Assembly (NCBI GenBank): GCA_024672275.1
Contig: GCA_024672275.1_4536.1
Origin: a phage
Direction: 5' to 3' (one strand)
Length of the DNA: 64,000 bases
Shown here one piece after another: positions 62,417 through 64,000 of the stretch; position 1 is the stretch's first letter; every line of letters starts with the position of its first letter. A program made the translations under genes and the position numbers. A model generated the notes under the pieces. The model was not told where the DNA came from. It saw only the letters and a list, made by a program, of their open reading frames with translations, and searched no databases.

Positions 62417-63003
62417 TCTTCATTCTCCTCTTCTGCATCTCTTATATATGGTGAAACACCGTACTCTTTAGCTACTTTAACCCAATCATCCCATTTATAC
62501 AACCATAATTTTCCTTCAGTTCCTTCTTTATCTGATTTCAACCACATGTTAGGTTGCTTGCCTGGGTACATGCGATTAGGTTTACGATTATAACCTCTAA
62601 CACATCTTGTCGCAAACCTATCTACCAGAACAAGAACATATTTATATTCGTGGTTCAACGGCTCTTTGGAAGTGGCTTTAGGATTAGCCCCTAACTCTGC
62701 TGCCAGTTTTTGCCAATGAGCACCGTGTCTACTAAACTTACCCATACAACCATCAATAGCATGAGCAATTTCGTGCTTCATTGTATCCACGATCATGTCT
62801 CTTGTGGAGTTCTTATGCAAGTGCCAATTTACAACAACAATTTTATCTCGGTAGTTGCACCAACCGAAAGAGTTATTCACTTTGTTTCTAACACAAGCTT
62901 TATATCCTGCTTCATGTAACATGTTGTAGTAAACAGGAAAATCTTCTTTTATTTCCTGCATCACTTCCCACCACAAGAGTTGCAAGTCTCTCTCGGTATG
63001 CAT
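62413..63003 (-). CDS. SprT-like zinc metalloprotease domain protein
   Basis: 196 aa; HEIAHAIDG ... HGAHW matches SprT-like HExxH ... HGxxW arrangement. Confidence 0.6.
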   Translation of the reverse strand: MHTERDLQLLWWEVMQEIKEDFPVYYNMLHEAGYKACVRNKVNNSFGWCNYRDKIVVVNWHLHKNSTRDMIVDTMKHEIAHAIDGCMGKFSRHGAHWQKLAAELGANPKATSKEPLNHEYKYVLVLVDRFATRCVRGYNRKPNRMYPGKQPNMWLKSDKEGTEGKLWLYKWDDWVKVAKEYGVSPYIRDAEEENEE

Positions 63004-63006
63004 AAC

Positions 63007-63600
63007 TTACACCTTAAAAGCGAAATGCGTGGTCGTGGCTTCAAAATCAGGGCCAGATAAACTTGCACTGAAATCTGAAATATTTGTAATTAAAAAGCTT
63101 TTATGCATACCTAACACAGCCACGCTTTCAATATCTTCTACTAACATTTCAATCATGTTAGAAACATGGCTGAACGTATAGTTTTGTTTTTTGATGGTGT
63201 AGAAAGAAAGACTCCCACCTGCTGTATAAGATACCTCTTCAAAATCTTTAATCGTATATTGTGTGCCATCAGTAAAGAAAATGGTAGCTTTATTAGTAGC
63301 ACGTTTCTTGTTTTTTGGTCCTTTTTTACGTTTACTGCGAGTAGGCAAACCGTTTGGGAACACCGTAGCTACAAATTCTTCAGGGGAAACCTCCTTACCG
63401 AAATCATAACCGTAAGAAACAGCGTCTATAAACTCGTCGTCTTCATTTTTAAAATAATGAAAATAGGGCCAATTTGAGAGATTATCAAGCATCTTATGCT
63501 CATCCACAGCAGAGAACGTATCTCTCAAAGCACGTGTGATTTGTAAAGCATTAGGCAAACTTTTAACACCTGTAATGGAAGTACGAATAGAAATTGTCAT
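63007..63600 (-). CDS. hypothetical protein (197 aa)
   Basis: ORF with RBS upstream of SprT-like gene. Confidence 0.45.
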   Translation of the reverse strand: MTISIRTSITGVKSLPNALQITRALRDTFSAVDEHKMLDNLSNWPYFHYFKNEDDEFIDAVSYGYDFGKEVSPEEFVATVFPNGLPTRSKRKKGPKNKKRATNKATIFFTDGTQYTIKDFEEVSYTAGGSLSFYTIKKQNYTFSHVSNMIEMLVEDIESVAVLGMHKSFLITNISDFSASLSGPDFEATTTHFAFKV

Positions 63601-63614
63601 TGTTTTTCTCCTTA

Positions 63615-64000
63615 TTAACGTCGCTTGCTACGAGATGAACTCTTTTTACTTAAAGGGCTATTGTAAGATTTACGAGTTGTATAGCTACTATTTGTTTTAA
63701 AAGTCTGTCTCGGCTTTTCATAAGTTTTTATCTCTTGTTTAGGCTTACCATAAAAATTAGTTTTCGGTTTAGGTGTATTATAATGCTTATTAATAATCGT
63801 TCTGTTATCGTTATAATCCCCACTGCTACGATTACTACCGCCACTCATCATATGCCCTAACAACATACCTGTAGCAAACTCACCAACACCGCTACTACTA
63901 GAACCGCCACCATTGTTGATAATAGTTGTATCTCCGTCAGATCCTTGTTGAGCGTATTGTTGAGGAGGTTGTTGGTATTGTGCAGGATTTGTTTCATCCT
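63615..64000 (-). CDS. hypothetical low-complexity protein (Gln/Pro-rich N-region, Ser/Lys/Arg-rich C-terminus), possibly 5'-truncated by the window
   Basis: reading frame is open from the window end down to stop at 63615; first in-window ATG at 63866. Confidence 0.3.
   Translation of the reverse strand, partial: DETNPAQYQQPPQQYAQQGSDGDTTIINNGGGSSSSGVGEFATGMLLGHMMSGGSNRSSGDYNDNRTIINKHYNTPKPKTNFYGKPKQEIKTYEKPRQTFKTNSSYTTRKSYNSPLSKKSSSRSKRR

Noticed and set aside
1-64000. CRISPR arrays, rRNA genes, integrase or attachment sites, transposase or IS elements
   Set aside because: No regularly spaced direct repeats with unique spacers, no rRNA-like stretches, and no recombinase or transposase-like ORFs were seen; the only mobile-type elements recognised are the two inteins.

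Overview
This 64 kb window looks like part of a large virulent tailed-phage genome with a contractile tail, probably infecting an enterobacterium (several tRNAs closely resemble E. coli tRNAs). All calls are from manual reading of the sequence and the ORF track; no searches were run. Layout: (1) 1-1710, short early-type genes on both strands around an AT-rich repeat block; (2) 1957-3879, a cluster of about 14 tRNA or tRNA-like genes driven by repeated 'ctattgaca' promoters; (3) 4087-43985, a plus-strand late block with an overlapped spanin pair, a terminase large subunit interrupted by a mini-intein, lambda-like head genes (portal, scaffold-like, gpD-like, gpE-like capsid), sheath, tube, a frameshifted tail chaperone, tape measure, baseplate proteins and at least five different fibre/spike proteins; (4) 44042-64000, a minus-strand replication and accessory block with an SSB carrying a host-identical C-terminal tip, a family-A DNA polymerase interrupted by a LAGLIDADG intein, an adenine methyltransferase, a T7 gp4-like primase-helicase, four putative glycosyltransferases, a secreted SleB-like hydrolase, and a module combining TerD, vWA, TelA-like and SprT-like proteins. 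The strongest candidates for something undescribed are the Ter-like module with its duplicated small-partner cassette, the four-glycosyltransferase cluster, and a minus-strand mini-gene encoding only the SSB C-terminal peptide MDFDDDIPF inside the tail operon.
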